Shown here in pieces: positions 19,001-28,442 of a stretch of DNA of 58,043 nt. The stretch covers positions 1-58,043 of the forward strand of contig DASYGI010000331.1 of the NCBI GenBank assembly GCA_035999925.1. The letters are read 5' to 3'. This stretch comes from Pedococcus sp. (GTDB lineage: Bacteria > Actinomycetota > Actinomycetes > Actinomycetales > Dermatophilaceae). A program made the translations under genes and the position numbers. The notes beneath the pieces are model-generated. The model made no database searches, had not been told where the DNA came from, and was given only the letters and a program-made list of their open reading frames with translations. Within the stretch, counting starts at the first letter, position 1; each line of letters opens with the position of its first letter.

Positions 19001-20376
19001 CAGGAGACCACCACCCGCTCGCCGAGACGGGGGACCACGACCGTCGCGTCAATGCTGGCCCGGACTTCGTCGGCTAAGGCTGCGCTCGAGTCGGGTTCCC
19101 CATGGACGACGTAAACCGTCTGCGGCGGCTCGGGCATCTCGCCCAGCCATTGGACCAGCTCGGACGCGTCCGCGTGGACCGAGAACGTGCTGTCCACTAC
19201 GACCTCAGCGCGTACCCGCACGTACTGGCCATGAATCTTGACCTGCTTGGCCCCATCCTGGAGCGCGCGCCCGCGGGTTCCTACCGCCTGGTACCCGGTG
19301 AGCACCACAGTGTTGTTCGGGTGGGGCAGCAGGCTGGCCAGGTGGTGGACGACGCGACCGCCGGTCGCCATACCCGACGCGGAGACGATGATGCACGGGC
19401 GGCCCGGGTTGTTGAGCCGCCTCGACTCGTCGGCCGAGCGTGCCTCGCGAACCCCGTGCAGCTCGCTCAGGTCGCGCAGGGCCTCGGGGCGCAGCTCGCC
19501 GGCCAGGTCTGGGCGTTGGTAGACGTCAAGTGCAGCCAGCGCCATCGGGCTGTCCACGTGGATGGGAACCTCGGGGATCGAGCCGGCGGCCTGAAGGCGG
19601 GCCAAGGCAAGCAGCACCAACTCGGTGCGGTCGACGGCGAAGGCCGGGATGACCACCGACCCGCCGCGGCCGACGGTGCGGCGAATCGCTGCGGCGAGCA
19701 CCTCGTGGTCGGTTGCTTCCCTTCCCGGGTGGACACGGTCACCGTACGTCGACTCGATCACCACGGTGCGCGAAACGGGTGGCGCGGAGCGCGGGAGCAG
19801 GAGCGGATGTTGGGGCCGGCCGAGATCTCCGGAGAACAGGACTTGGTCATCACCAAAGCTCACCAGCGCAGACGCAGACCCGAGCACGTGCCCCGCCCGA
19901 GACAGACTGACCCGAGCATCGGAGCGCAAGGTCGTCGGCTGCCCGTAGTCGCACGGCTCCAGTTGCCGCACAGCCCGTTCCGCGTCGGCCACGGTGTACA
20001 AGGGCTGAGGTGGGTCGTGGCGTGAGTAGCCGCCGCGCTGGGCGAACTGGGCTTCCTCCTCCTGCAGGTGGGCACTGTCCCGCAGGACGATGTCAGCCAG
20101 CCCGCAGGTTCCCGGAGTGGCCCAGACCGGGCCGGAGAAACCCTGGCGAACCAGCGCTGGAAGGTAGCCGCAATGGTCCAGGTGGGCGTGGGTGAGCACG
20201 ACGTCATCGATCGTGCTCGGCTCCTCGCTGAGGGGTTCCCAGTTCATCCGACGCCACTGGCGTTCCCCCTGGTACAGGCCGCAGTCCACCAGCACCCGTG
20301 AGCCGCCCTCCTCCAGCAGGAACTTGCTACCCGTCACAGTCCCGGCTGCGCCCAGAAAGGTCATGGTCAGGGTCAT
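19000..20376 (-). CDS. MBL-fold beta-CASP metallo-hydrolase (putative RNase)
   Basis: FLGAAGTVTGS, THAHLDHCG, GHVLGS, FSGDLG, IESTYG, FSVHAD, VHGE. Confidence 0.92.
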   Translation of the reverse strand: MTLTMTFLGAAGTVTGSKFLLEEGGSRVLVDCGLYQGERQWRRMNWEPLSEEPSTIDDVVLTHAHLDHCGYLPALVRQGFSGPVWATPGTCGLADIVLRDSAHLQEEEAQFAQRGGYSRHDPPQPLYTVADAERAVRQLEPCDYGQPTTLRSDARVSLSRAGHVLGSASALVSFGDDQVLFSGDLGRPQHPLLLPRSAPPVSRTVVIESTYGDRVHPGREATDHEVLAAAIRRTVGRGGSVVIPAFAVDRTELVLLALARLQAAGSIPEVPIHVDSPMALAALDVYQRPDLAGELRPEALRDLSELHGVREARSADESRRLNNPGRPCIIVSASGMATGGRVVHHLASLLPHPNNTVVLTGYQAVGTRGRALQDGAKQVKIHGQYVRVRAEVVVDSTFSVHADASELVQWLGEMPEPPQTVYVVHGEPDSSAALADEVRASIDATVVVPRLGERVVVS

Positions 20377-20460
20377 CCTGGCTCCTTCGTCGGATTGGCG
20401 GTGATGGCCATCAGCGGGTTTCGCTGGCTGTGCCACCGTCGCTGAGCAGCTCGGCTCGGG

Positions 20461-20937
20461 CTAGGCGGGGTGGGTGGACAGGGACCTTCGGCCCGCGTCT
20501 CCCCACAGCGCCCGCCCGGTGACGGACGTGGAGCGGACCCTGACCCAGGTCATCACCGACGATTCGGTGGGAACCCATGACTCCCGAGCGACCGGCTCCA
20601 GCCGGCGAAGCTCCTCCGGGTCGTCGACGACCTCGGCGGTGCCGTGAACGAGCACACTCCACCCGTCCTTGGCCTGCTCGCTATAGCCGTCGGCCTCGAA
20701 CGACACGCGATCGCCGTTGACCGCGGCCTCGATCTTGGAACCACCCCGGGTCCGGAAATAGATGTTCAGGCCGTCAAGGGTGTGGTTCACCGGGAGCACG
20801 TCGATCTCGCCGTCGTGCAGGAACGCGACTCTGCCGACGGGGCACTCGGCGAGCCTGAGCAGGCATTCGTCGAAGGGGAGGACCCGAAGACCGGTGTGGT
20901 CGGTGGGGGCCCTGTCGTGGGCATGTTCGATGGTCAT
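20461..20937 (-). CDS. Pyridoxamine 5'-phosphate oxidase-like protein
   Basis: VGRVAF...VLPVNH...YFRT..GSK...VSFEAD...GWSVLVHG. Confidence 0.9.
   Translation of the reverse strand: MTIEHAHDRAPTDHTGLRVLPFDECLLRLAECPVGRVAFLHDGEIDVLPVNHTLDGLNIYFRTRGGSKIEAAVNGDRVSFEADGYSEQAKDGWSVLVHGTAEVVDDPEELRRLEPVARESWVPTESSVMTWVRVRSTSVTGRALWGDAGRRSLSTHPA
20481..20494. promoter_or_regulatory. DosR-like box upstream of the beta-CASP gene
   Basis: GGGAC-CTTC-GGCCC, identical to 16947-16960; lies inside the tail of the upstream ORF. Confidence 0.7.
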
Positions 20938-20972
20938 GTCTTGAGCGTCGGTGGTCGCACGCCATGGTGGCA

Positions 20973-21033
20973 GGGGCGAAGGTCCCTCGCCTGGGAACAC
21001 TGCTGGCCGAGGCTAGATGGGGACCAAAGGCCT
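20973..21033. promoter_or_regulatory. Two DosR-like boxes in a divergent promoter
   Basis: GGGGC-GAAG-GTCCC (20973-20986) and GGGAC-CAAA-GGCCT (21020-21033). Confidence 0.8.
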
Positions 21034-21376
21034 GACCGCATGCCCTCCGCATATCGCACAGTGGAGGTGATGGCGGCAGGGGGAACGAGCGCAGGAAGGC
21101 GAAGTGAGTGCAGTGGCCGTGGTAGATCCGATCCGCACCAGGGTCGCGTTGTCGGTGGCTCACGCCAACCCCGTGCGGGCGGGGTCTGTCGGCTATGCCC
21201 AGCGGCCACCTCGCGCGCCGCTTCGGCACCGCGGCGCTGGCGCCGCACCGCGACCAGGCGACCGCAACGGGTCTCTGGGACGACCGGTCCCCCCAGGTCC
21301 TGGCCGACGCCCGTCCGGTTGCTGACGATCGTGACGGCGCCCCGGAGCCGGCCCCACGAGAACTAAGGAGCACACC

Positions 21377-22366
21377 ATGACGTTTTCCCACTCGGCTTCA
21401 CCCGGCGATGTCGTCGTCGGATTCGACGGGTCGCCCACCGGCGCGGACGCGGTGCGTTGGGCGGCTCAGGAGGCGTTGCGGCAAGGAACCCGGCTTGATG
21501 TCATCTCCTCGGGCTACTACCCAGGGATGCCGTCCTGGGCCGGAGTCGCCGGAACGCCGTCGCCACGTTCGATCGAGCTTGCGGCTGAGGAGCTCGCCGA
21601 CGAGGGTCGACGGATAGCCGTCAAGATCCTGCCCGAGGAGGCTGTCGAGACTCTCGCGGTGACGTCGGGAGCAGCGCCTGCCCTCATCGACGCCTCGTCG
21701 ACTGCAAGCCTGGTCGTGGTCGGTCACCGCGGTCACGGGGCTCTGGCGTCCGCGGTGCTGGGCTCTGTCTCCGCCGCAGTCGTCCAGTGCGCGCATTCGC
21801 CGGTGGTCGTGGTCCGCGGCGGCTCTCGCCAGGTGGCCGCGATGCCGCTGCCCGTGACCGTGGGTGTGGATGGCACACCCGAGTCAGAGGCGGCGTTGCT
21901 CTTCGCCGCGCAACGAGCGGCCCGCGACGAGGTGCCGCTGCGCATCGTGTGTGCCTGGTTGACGCTGACGCAGACCGGATGGGAGTTCGCCAACTGGAGC
22001 GGTGACGCTATTGACGAGTGGGCGAGCGCCCTCTCGTCCTCGGCGCGCCATGCCGCCGATGAGGCGCTGGCCACGGTGCGGGCGCGCTGGCCGGCACTGG
22101 AGGTCGAGGTGCGGGTCGTCGAGGCGTCGCCGCCCCTGGCGCTGGAGGAGGCCTCCCGCCAGTCGCAGCTCGTGGTGGTCAGTACCCACGGCACCAGCGC
22201 GCTGGGGAGGCTGGTTCTCGGGTCGGTGAGCCGCACCATCCTCCACCACGCCGCCTGCCCGGTGGCCGTGGTGCGACCGGCTGGGCGCCCCGCACGTCTG
22301 AGCCCGGCGGTCGCGCCGCGTCAGCGGGACCGAAGTCCGAGACTCGGTGACAGGGCTCCCCGTTGA
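21377..22366 (+). CDS. Universal stress protein, close paralog of 6961..7887
   Basis: VVVGFDGS, YYPGMP, GHRGHGALASAVLGS, RIVCAWLTL; AAGGAG RBS. Confidence 0.95.
   Translation: MTFSHSASPGDVVVGFDGSPTGADAVRWAAQEALRQGTRLDVISSGYYPGMPSWAGVAGTPSPRSIELAAEELADEGRRIAVKILPEEAVETLAVTSGAAPALIDASSTASLVVVGHRGHGALASAVLGSVSAAVVQCAHSPVVVVRGGSRQVAAMPLPVTVGVDGTPESEAALLFAAQRAARDEVPLRIVCAWLTLTQTGWEFANWSGDAIDEWASALSSSARHAADEALATVRARWPALEVEVRVVEASPPLALEEASRQSQLVVVSTHGTSALGRLVLGSVSRTILHHAACPVAVVRPAGRPARLSPAVAPRQRDRSPRLGDRAPR
22326..22339. promoter_or_regulatory. DosR-like box upstream of the CBS gene
   Basis: GGGAC-CGAA-GTCCG. Confidence 0.65.
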
Positions 22367-22412
22367 CCGACGTCGACCGAGCTCGGCCGCGATATCACCC
22401 TGAGGAGTTGGC

Positions 22413-23033
22413 ATGCTTGTTCGGGAAGTCATGACCAGTCCCGCGACGAGCCTGCGGGCTGGGTCGCGACTGGAAACCGCGGTGCAGGTCCTGGCCGCCC
22501 AGCACATCACGGCGGTGCCGATCGTCGATGCCTACGGGCACGTGGTCGGGATCGTCAGCGACGCCGATGTGCTCCGCGAGGGGCTCCCGGAGGACCCCCG
22601 GACCCACTTGCGGCCGACCCAGGAGCCGACGACACCCTGGCACCGCCTGGTCGACGACATCATGACGGTTGACCCTGTGACTGTTGGTTCGCACACCGAT
22701 GTGGCGCGGGCGGCCGAGCTCATGGCCGACATGGGCTGGAAGAGCCTGCCGGTCGTGCGGGACGGGCAGCTCGTCGGCGTCATCAGCCGAAGCGATGTCA
22801 TCCGTGTGCTGGCGACTCCCGACCGGCAGGTTCAGGAGCGGATCGCCTACGAGTTCTCCCAGATCGGCCGGGAGGACTGGAGGGTCGAGGTGGACGATGG
22901 CGAGGTGACCTTGCGGGACGTCGCCCCCGGCCGCGAGGCCCGCCTGGCCCGGGCCATCGTGGAGACGTTGCCCGGCGTGCGCCGGGTCCGGGTCGAGGGG
23001 CAGGAACCCATCGAGCCATCGGGCAATACCTGA
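22413..23033 (+). CDS. CBS-pair plus BON-like domain protein
   Basis: VREVMT..., AVPIVD..GHVVGIVS, SLPVV..GQLVGVISRSD; C-terminal VEVDDGEVTL...PGVRRV. Confidence 0.9.
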   Translation: MLVREVMTSPATSLRAGSRLETAVQVLAAQHITAVPIVDAYGHVVGIVSDADVLREGLPEDPRTHLRPTQEPTTPWHRLVDDIMTVDPVTVGSHTDVARAAELMADMGWKSLPVVRDGQLVGVISRSDVIRVLATPDRQVQERIAYEFSQIGREDWRVEVDDGEVTLRDVAPGREARLARAIVETLPGVRRVRVEGQEPIEPSGNT

Positions 23034-23068
23034 GGAGCTGGACCTACTAGGGAGCCGGTCTCGGCTCG

Positions 23069-23536
23069 TTACAGATGAGCTGCGTCGAGCGCGGCTTGGA
23101 GGCTGGTCTTGTATCCCTCGCTGGTGTAAGTCGCACCGCTGACAAGGTCGATGTGCGCGGACTGAGCGCTGAGGGCCTCGCTACGCAGGGTGGGCTCGGC
23201 GCCGGCACTGATCTGGACCGACGTGTTGGAGGAGTCCGTGAGATGCACGGCGACGATGTTGGTGATGCGGTTGCCATGCACCGTGACTCGGACCTGGACA
23301 TTGCCGTACGGAGTCTGGACCAGGGCGCCCGTGACGGTGCGCGTGGTCGCCGTCGTGGCTCCGCGAGTCGCTGAGGTGCGGCCGCTCGAGCGGCCTGACG
23401 CCGCCGGCGATCCGCCGGGGCTCGCCACGATATGCACTCCGCCGGCGGTGGACGAGCCTGTCCGCCCAGCCTGCCAGCTGGCCAGCAGAACGACCCCCGC
23501 GGCCGCGGTGGTCCCGATCGCGGTCACGACCCTCAC
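23069..23536 (-). CDS. Extracytoplasmic FMN-binding (flavinylated) protein
   Basis: TPYGNVQV...IDLVSGATYTSEGY flavinylation motif; N-terminal anchor. Confidence 0.9.
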   Translation of the reverse strand: MRVVTAIGTTAAAGVVLLASWQAGRTGSSTAGGVHIVASPGGSPAASGRSSGRTSATRGATTATTRTVTGALVQTPYGNVQVRVTVHGNRITNIVAVHLTDSSNTSVQISAGAEPTLRSEALSAQSAHIDLVSGATYTSEGYKTSLQAALDAAHL

Positions 23537-24996
23537 CAGCTAAACCTTTCGTCGTGGATGTGGCCCCGCGGCACACCGGCGGCACGAAGACTCGAGTGGA
23601 CCAGGTCCATCCAGATGCGAGGTCCGCATACATAGACCTCGTGCTGGCGGGGGTTCGGCACGAGGTGACCGAGTCGCTCGGCGTCGGTGCGTCCGGGCAG
23701 GCCTCCGGGCAGCCACGACCCAGGGGTCGGTGGTCCGGTCAGCAGGTGCAGCGCATGGCTACCGGGCTGGGTCAGCTGCTCGAGCTCTGCGCGGAGCGTG
23801 AGCTGGTCCTCGGCGTCGGCACGGTAGGCGATCGTGATGTCCCCCGGTTTGACGGCGGGATCCCTGGCGAGCTCCTCGGCGAGGGAGCGGATTGGCGTGA
23901 TGCCGATGCCTGCGGCGATCAGCAGGACCTTGCGGTGCGTGCGGCGGGCCGTGGTGAAGGCGCCATAGGGGCCCTCGATGAGCACTCGCGTTCCCGGACG
24001 CAGACGAGCCAGGGCCCGTGAATGGTCGCCGAGGTCGCGCACGGTGAGGCGCAGGTGGCGATCGCTGGGCATGATCGACAGCGACCAGGGGTGGGCAAAC
24101 GCCCGAAGGCCGGGGGCGTTGAAGCGCCAGTTGAAGAACTGCCCGGCCCGGGCGTCGAGCCGGGCCAGATCGCGACCGCGAACCCAGATAGACCAGGTGC
24201 CGGCCCCCTCATCCACCACCGCCTCGACGCGAAGCTGATGGCGCACCGAGCGGTATGCCGGCACCAGCGCACGCCACCACACGATGGCCGCCGCCACGCC
24301 GAGGTAGAGCGCCAGCCAGTAGGCGTGCACCAGCGGTGAGCGGGCCAGGTCCGACCCGATCGACAGCTGGTGGGGGATGGCAAGCGTCACGGCTGCGTAT
24401 GCCGTCAGGTGAACCACGTGCCACCGCTCGTAGCCGATGGTGCGCATTGCGGCTCGTACCGACGTCACGGCAATCACGACGAGAAGTGCCGTGGCCGCGA
24501 AAGCGGTCAGCATGTCGGGGACGTCGCGCAGCATGATGAACGGCTCGATTACCAGGCCCACCACGACGTTGCGGTGGTCGCGGGCGGCATACCCCAGGAC
24601 CAGGGTCTCCATGTGTACCAGGACCAGGGGCACCGTGACCCTGCCCAGGATCCGATGAGCCTTCAGCGCCCGGTCGGTTCCGTAGACCCGGTCGACCCAG
24701 GGCACCCGCGCGGCTAGGAGCATCTGGATGAGGATCAGGTTGACGGCCACGAGCCCGGTAACCCGACCGGCGGAGATCAGGGCGGTCGGCCACGTCCCGG
24801 AAACAAGGTCCTGGCCGCCGCCGTCGCGCAGGTAGGTGGCGAGCACAAAGACCAGGCTTGCTACCGCCATGACCTCGAGCAGGTCGCTGATGCGCGCCCG
24901 CCACGCCTGGTGTCGCAGGCCTTCGACGCGCACATGGCGACGCCGGCTGGTGCCCGCCTGGGGGCCGAGGCCGTCGCGAGCGTCCGGTGTGGTCAC
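23533..24996 (-). CDS. Ferric reductase-like transmembrane domain plus FAD/NAD(P)-binding oxidoreductase
   Basis: HRILG, HMETL, YERWHVVH, IPHQL His ligands; AGQFF, HPWSLS, EGPYG, AGIGITP, YVCGP, ERFSW. Confidence 0.9.
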   Translation of the reverse strand: MTTPDARDGLGPQAGTSRRRHVRVEGLRHQAWRARISDLLEVMAVASLVFVLATYLRDGGGQDLVSGTWPTALISAGRVTGLVAVNLILIQMLLAARVPWVDRVYGTDRALKAHRILGRVTVPLVLVHMETLVLGYAARDHRNVVVGLVIEPFIMLRDVPDMLTAFAATALLVVIAVTSVRAAMRTIGYERWHVVHLTAYAAVTLAIPHQLSIGSDLARSPLVHAYWLALYLGVAAAIVWWRALVPAYRSVRHQLRVEAVVDEGAGTWSIWVRGRDLARLDARAGQFFNWRFNAPGLRAFAHPWSLSIMPSDRHLRLTVRDLGDHSRALARLRPGTRVLIEGPYGAFTTARRTHRKVLLIAAGIGITPIRSLAEELARDPAVKPGDITIAYRADAEDQLTLRAELEQLTQPGSHALHLLTGPPTPGSWLPGGLPGRTDAERLGHLVPNPRQHEVYVCGPRIWMDLVHSSLRAAGVPRGHIHDERFSW

Positions 24997-25015
24997 GCTG
25001 TCATGATGCGCCGCG

Positions 25016-25037
25016 GTTCTCAGAGACTTCTGAGAAC
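25016..25037. promoter_or_regulatory. Operator in the oxidoreductase/two-component divergent promoter
   Basis: GTTCTCAGA-GACT-TCTGAGAAC: perfect 9-bp inverted repeat and also TTCTCAG/TTCTGAG direct repeat at 11-bp period. Confidence 0.7.
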
Positions 25038-25048
25038 ACCGTGCCACG

Positions 25049-25744
25049 ATGTCGTACGTGACCCGAGGCGGCCGACTGCTCCTGGTGGAGGACGACCCCC
25101 AGCTGGCGGCGATGCTCGAGCAGCTGCTCACCGAGGAGGGCTACGTCGTCTCCATCGGACGCGACGGACAGGACGGGCTCCATCAGGGCCTGGTCCAGGA
25201 GTTCGATGTCATGGTCATCGACCGTGGCCTTCCCGGGATCGAGGGCGTCGACCTCGTGACCCGGCTACGGGCGCGCGGGGTTGGCGCGCCCATTCTCCTG
25301 CTGACGGCCCGCAACAGCGTGGTGGACCGCGTCGAGGGTCTGGACGCGGGGGCGCAGGACTACCTCGGCAAGCCCTTCGACGTCGAGGAGCTCCTGGCAC
25401 GCCTGCGCGCGCTACTTCGGCCGCTGTCCTCCCTGGCGGAGGAGTTGCCACTGGGACGCGGCCGGCTCGTGGTGGGGGAGAACCGGGTCACCGGCGCCAC
25501 CGACTCGGGGGACTCTGGGGACGACGCCGACATCACTCTCTCGCGGCGCGAAACCGAGCTGTTGGCCATGATGGCGCGCCGCCCCAAGCGTGTCTTCACG
25601 CGCGAGGAGCTCCTCGGGAGCATCTTCGAGGGAGCAGAGACTCCCGGCGCGGTCGACACGTACGTGCACTACCTTCGCCGCAAGCTGGGTGCCGGCGTGG
25701 TCGACACGGTTCACGGCGTCGGCTACCGGCTGGGGTCGTCATGA
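25049..25744 (+). CDS. OmpR/MprA-family response regulator
   Basis: LLLVEDD, IDRGLPG, LTAR, KPF, VDTYVHYLRRKLG, TVHGVGY. Confidence 0.95.
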   Translation: MSYVTRGGRLLLVEDDPQLAAMLEQLLTEEGYVVSIGRDGQDGLHQGLVQEFDVMVIDRGLPGIEGVDLVTRLRARGVGAPILLLTARNSVVDRVEGLDAGAQDYLGKPFDVEELLARLRALLRPLSSLAEELPLGRGRLVVGENRVTGATDSGDSGDDADITLSRRETELLAMMARRPKRVFTREELLGSIFEGAETPGAVDTYVHYLRRKLGAGVVDTVHGVGYRLGSS

Positions 25745-27021
25745 GCTCGGCCCAGGATGCCGCACTCCTGCGGCGCGCCGCATGGACGGTGTCGATGCAG
25801 ACCGCGGCCGCCGTCGCCGCTGTGGTCGTGGTGGTGCTGCTCGGAGTCGTGGTCGTCTTCGACCACCAGCAGGCCATCGAGATCCGTGACCTGGTGCGGC
25901 AGGCCGCCGTGGCAGCTGACGACGTCAACGACCCGCCCCCGGGCGTGTGGCTGGTGCGCGTCAGCGGTGGGTCTCGCACCGCCAGCCCTGGTTCGCCGAC
26001 CCAGGTCGTCGCCTCACGGCAGCTGCTCGCGGCCTCGCCGGGAATGCTGTCTGTGGATATCGGGGGGACCCACTGGAGTGCCTGGGTGGCCGACCGGGGT
26101 GGCGATCGTTACGTCGCCGTGTACGACCAGTCGCGTCACCGGGACGAGGAGCATCGCCTCCTGGTCGCCACCATCGCGGCAGGCCTCCTTGGTGTCCTGC
26201 TCGCGGGGACGATCGGCCTGCTCGTGGGGCGGCGAGCGATCCAACCCCTTGGGCGGGCACTGGAGCTCCAGCGACGGTTCGTGGCCGACGCCAGTCACGA
26301 GCTGCGCACCCCGTTGGCTGTGCTCAACACCCGAGCGCAGATGATCCGGCGACATCTGCCGACTGACGCCACTCTCGAGCAGCGCGGCGAGGTCGACCAG
26401 CTCGTGGGCGACACCGCGTCGCTGGGTGAGGTGGTCTCAGACCTGCTGCTGGCAGCGCAGCTCGAACACAGCGACCTCCCTGCTGACACCGTCGACCTTG
26501 CGCAGGTCGCGCGGGCGGTGGTCGCGAGCATGACACCGTACGCAGAGGACGCTGGCATCCACCTCCACCTGGTCGCTGCCGATGGCGCGGCCCCGGGCGA
26601 CTTCCTGGTGACTGGGGCGCCCACCGCACTGCGTCGGGCCCTCACGGCCTTGGTAGACAACGCGATCGCTCACTCACAGTCCGGGGATCAGGTCCGGGTT
26701 CGGCTCTCTCGTGAGGACGACGCAGGCGGGGCCGAGCGAAAGGGTGTCCAGACCGTCTGCGTCGCCGTCGAGGACGAAGGTGACGGGCTGGATGCTGGTG
26801 ACGCGGGCGCTCTCGTCCAGCGGTTCGCGCGCGGCGTCGCCGCGTCAGTCGGTGGTGGCCGCCGGTTCGGGTTGGGGCTGGCCCTGGTGGACGAGGTGGT
26901 CCGCGCCCACCGGGGATGGTTGACGATCACCGGTGCCCCCGGACTCGGCTCGACCTTCACCCTCCGGCTGCCCGCCTCCCGGCGCGGCGTCGGGGAGCCG
27001 ACCTCAGCGGGCCCACGCTGA
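25741..27021 (+). CDS. Sensor histidine kinase
   Basis: Two TMs; FVADASHELRTPL; DNAIAH; DEGDG; FGLGL; ATGA overlap. Confidence 0.93.
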   Translation: MSSAQDAALLRRAAWTVSMQTAAAVAAVVVVVLLGVVVVFDHQQAIEIRDLVRQAAVAADDVNDPPPGVWLVRVSGGSRTASPGSPTQVVASRQLLAASPGMLSVDIGGTHWSAWVADRGGDRYVAVYDQSRHRDEEHRLLVATIAAGLLGVLLAGTIGLLVGRRAIQPLGRALELQRRFVADASHELRTPLAVLNTRAQMIRRHLPTDATLEQRGEVDQLVGDTASLGEVVSDLLLAAQLEHSDLPADTVDLAQVARAVVASMTPYAEDAGIHLHLVAADGAAPGDFLVTGAPTALRRALTALVDNAIAHSQSGDQVRVRLSREDDAGGAERKGVQTVCVAVEDEGDGLDAGDAGALVQRFARGVAASVGGGRRFGLGLALVDEVVRAHRGWLTITGAPGLGSTFTLRLPASRRGVGEPTSAGPR

Positions 27022-27273
27022 GGGGCCCAGCGAAAGGGTGCTGACGGCGGCGATGGGCACCGCGACGAGCAGTCCCTCTATCGCCTGGCTGGTGAGACCG
27101 AGGTGCTCCGTCCAGTTGCCGCGGTCATCGCTGTTCGAGGGCAAACCGGGCCCGCGACCGACGCCCACCTGGCCCGGCGTCTGGTCACTGGGGATACCGC
27201 CTTGGTCCATGACTTGGACGGCCGCGACCCCGACGGCGAGCAGGACGACTCCTATAAGGATCTTGGACCTCCG
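27004..27273 (-). pseudogene. Possible internally deleted membrane-protein remnant
   Basis: Frame reads RRSKILIGVVLLAVGVAAVQVMDQGG...RGPGLPSNSDDRGNWTEHLGLTSQAIEGLLVAV with no clear start; overlaps both neighbours. Confidence 0.35.
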
Positions 27274-28442
27274 AGCCCCGCCTGACTTGGTGGCTCGTGA
27301 CCTGTCGCCAGGAGATCCCCGCAGGCCCGGGCGATCTCAAGCTCCTCGTTGGTGGGAATGACGTATGCCGGCACGGCGCTGGCAGGCGTGGTGATGAGGC
27401 GCTCCGGCGCGGCCGGTCCGAGGTTGGCTGTCGCGTCCAGCTCCACCCCCAGCGTTGCGAGGTCCCCAAGAACCGCCTCACGTAATGCCGGGCTGTGCTC
27501 GCCGATCCCTCCCGTGAAGGCGATGGCGTCCACCCTCCCCAGCGCCACGGCATACGCCCCGAGGTACTTGCGAATGCGGTACACCATCACGTCGAATGCC
27601 AGGGCAGCGTCTAAGTCCCCGCGCACACGTCGCCTCTCCAGCTCCTTCAGGTCTGCGGTGCCGGAGAGCCCCAGCAGCCCGCTGCCGTGGTTGAGGTCGT
27701 CCTCGTACTGGTCGCTGCCCAGCGCGGCAACGCGCCCGAGGTACGGCCCGAGGCTGGGGTCGACGTCGCCGGACCTGGTGCCCATGACCAGTCCCTCCAC
27801 CGGCGAGAGTCCCATGGACGTGTCGATGCTGCAGCCCCCTCGAACGGCACACGCGCTGGCCCCGTTGCCCAGGTGCATGACGATCAGGTTGGTTTCCGCG
27901 GACGGCTTGCCGAGCAGCCACGCGGCGCGACGGGCGACAAACGCGAACGAGATGCCGTGGAAGCCGTAGCGTCGAACGCCGTAACGGTCGCGCCATTCGC
28001 GTGGCACCGCGTAGGTATGCGCCTTCGCGGGGAGAGTGTGATGGAACGCGGTGTCGAACACGGCGATCTGTGGCACGTCCGGAAACGCCCGACGCGACGC
28101 TGCAATGCCGGCGAGGCTGGCCGGGTTGTGCAGGGGCGCCAGCGGGATCAGGTCCTTGATCTGCGAGATTACAGCGTCATCGACCAGAACCGGGCCGTGG
28201 AAGTGTGGGCCCCCATGCACGACCCTGTGCCCGACGGCCATCAACGAGGACGGGTCTGCGAGCGGCCCGTCGTTGACAAGCTCCTCGAGAGCCCGACGCA
28301 CTGCGGTCTCATGGTCTGGTGCGCCGCCACGTCCGATGTCGTGCTGGTAGCCCTCGAAGACGGCTTGCCCGGAGGTGGGTTCAAGAACCGCGGATCGCAG
28401 GGATGACGAACCCGCATTCAGCACGAGGACCAGCCCGGTCAC
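27252..28442 (-). CDS. ackA: Acetate/propionate kinase
   Basis: LNAGSSS, GHRVVHGG, APLHNP, FDTAFH, RRYGFHG, HLGNGAS, MGTRSGD, FTGGIGE, TNEE. Confidence 0.97.
   Translation of the reverse strand: MTGLVLVLNAGSSSLRSAVLEPTSGQAVFEGYQHDIGRGGAPDHETAVRRALEELVNDGPLADPSSLMAVGHRVVHGGPHFHGPVLVDDAVISQIKDLIPLAPLHNPASLAGIAASRRAFPDVPQIAVFDTAFHHTLPAKAHTYAVPREWRDRYGVRRYGFHGISFAFVARRAAWLLGKPSAETNLIVMHLGNGASACAVRGGCSIDTSMGLSPVEGLVMGTRSGDVDPSLGPYLGRVAALGSDQYEDDLNHGSGLLGLSGTADLKELERRRVRGDLDAALAFDVMVYRIRKYLGAYAVALGRVDAIAFTGGIGEHSPALREAVLGDLATLGVELDATANLGPAAPERLITTPASAVPAYVIPTNEELEIARACGDLLATGHEPPSQAGLGGPRSL

Noticed and set aside
21104-21380. Short ORFs between the box at 21020 and the USP
   Set aside because: Low-complexity products in competing frames, no family recognised
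24910-27021. 703-aa histidine kinase
   Set aside because: The N-terminal part is an off-frame read of the response regulator; ATG 25741 gives a normal overlap
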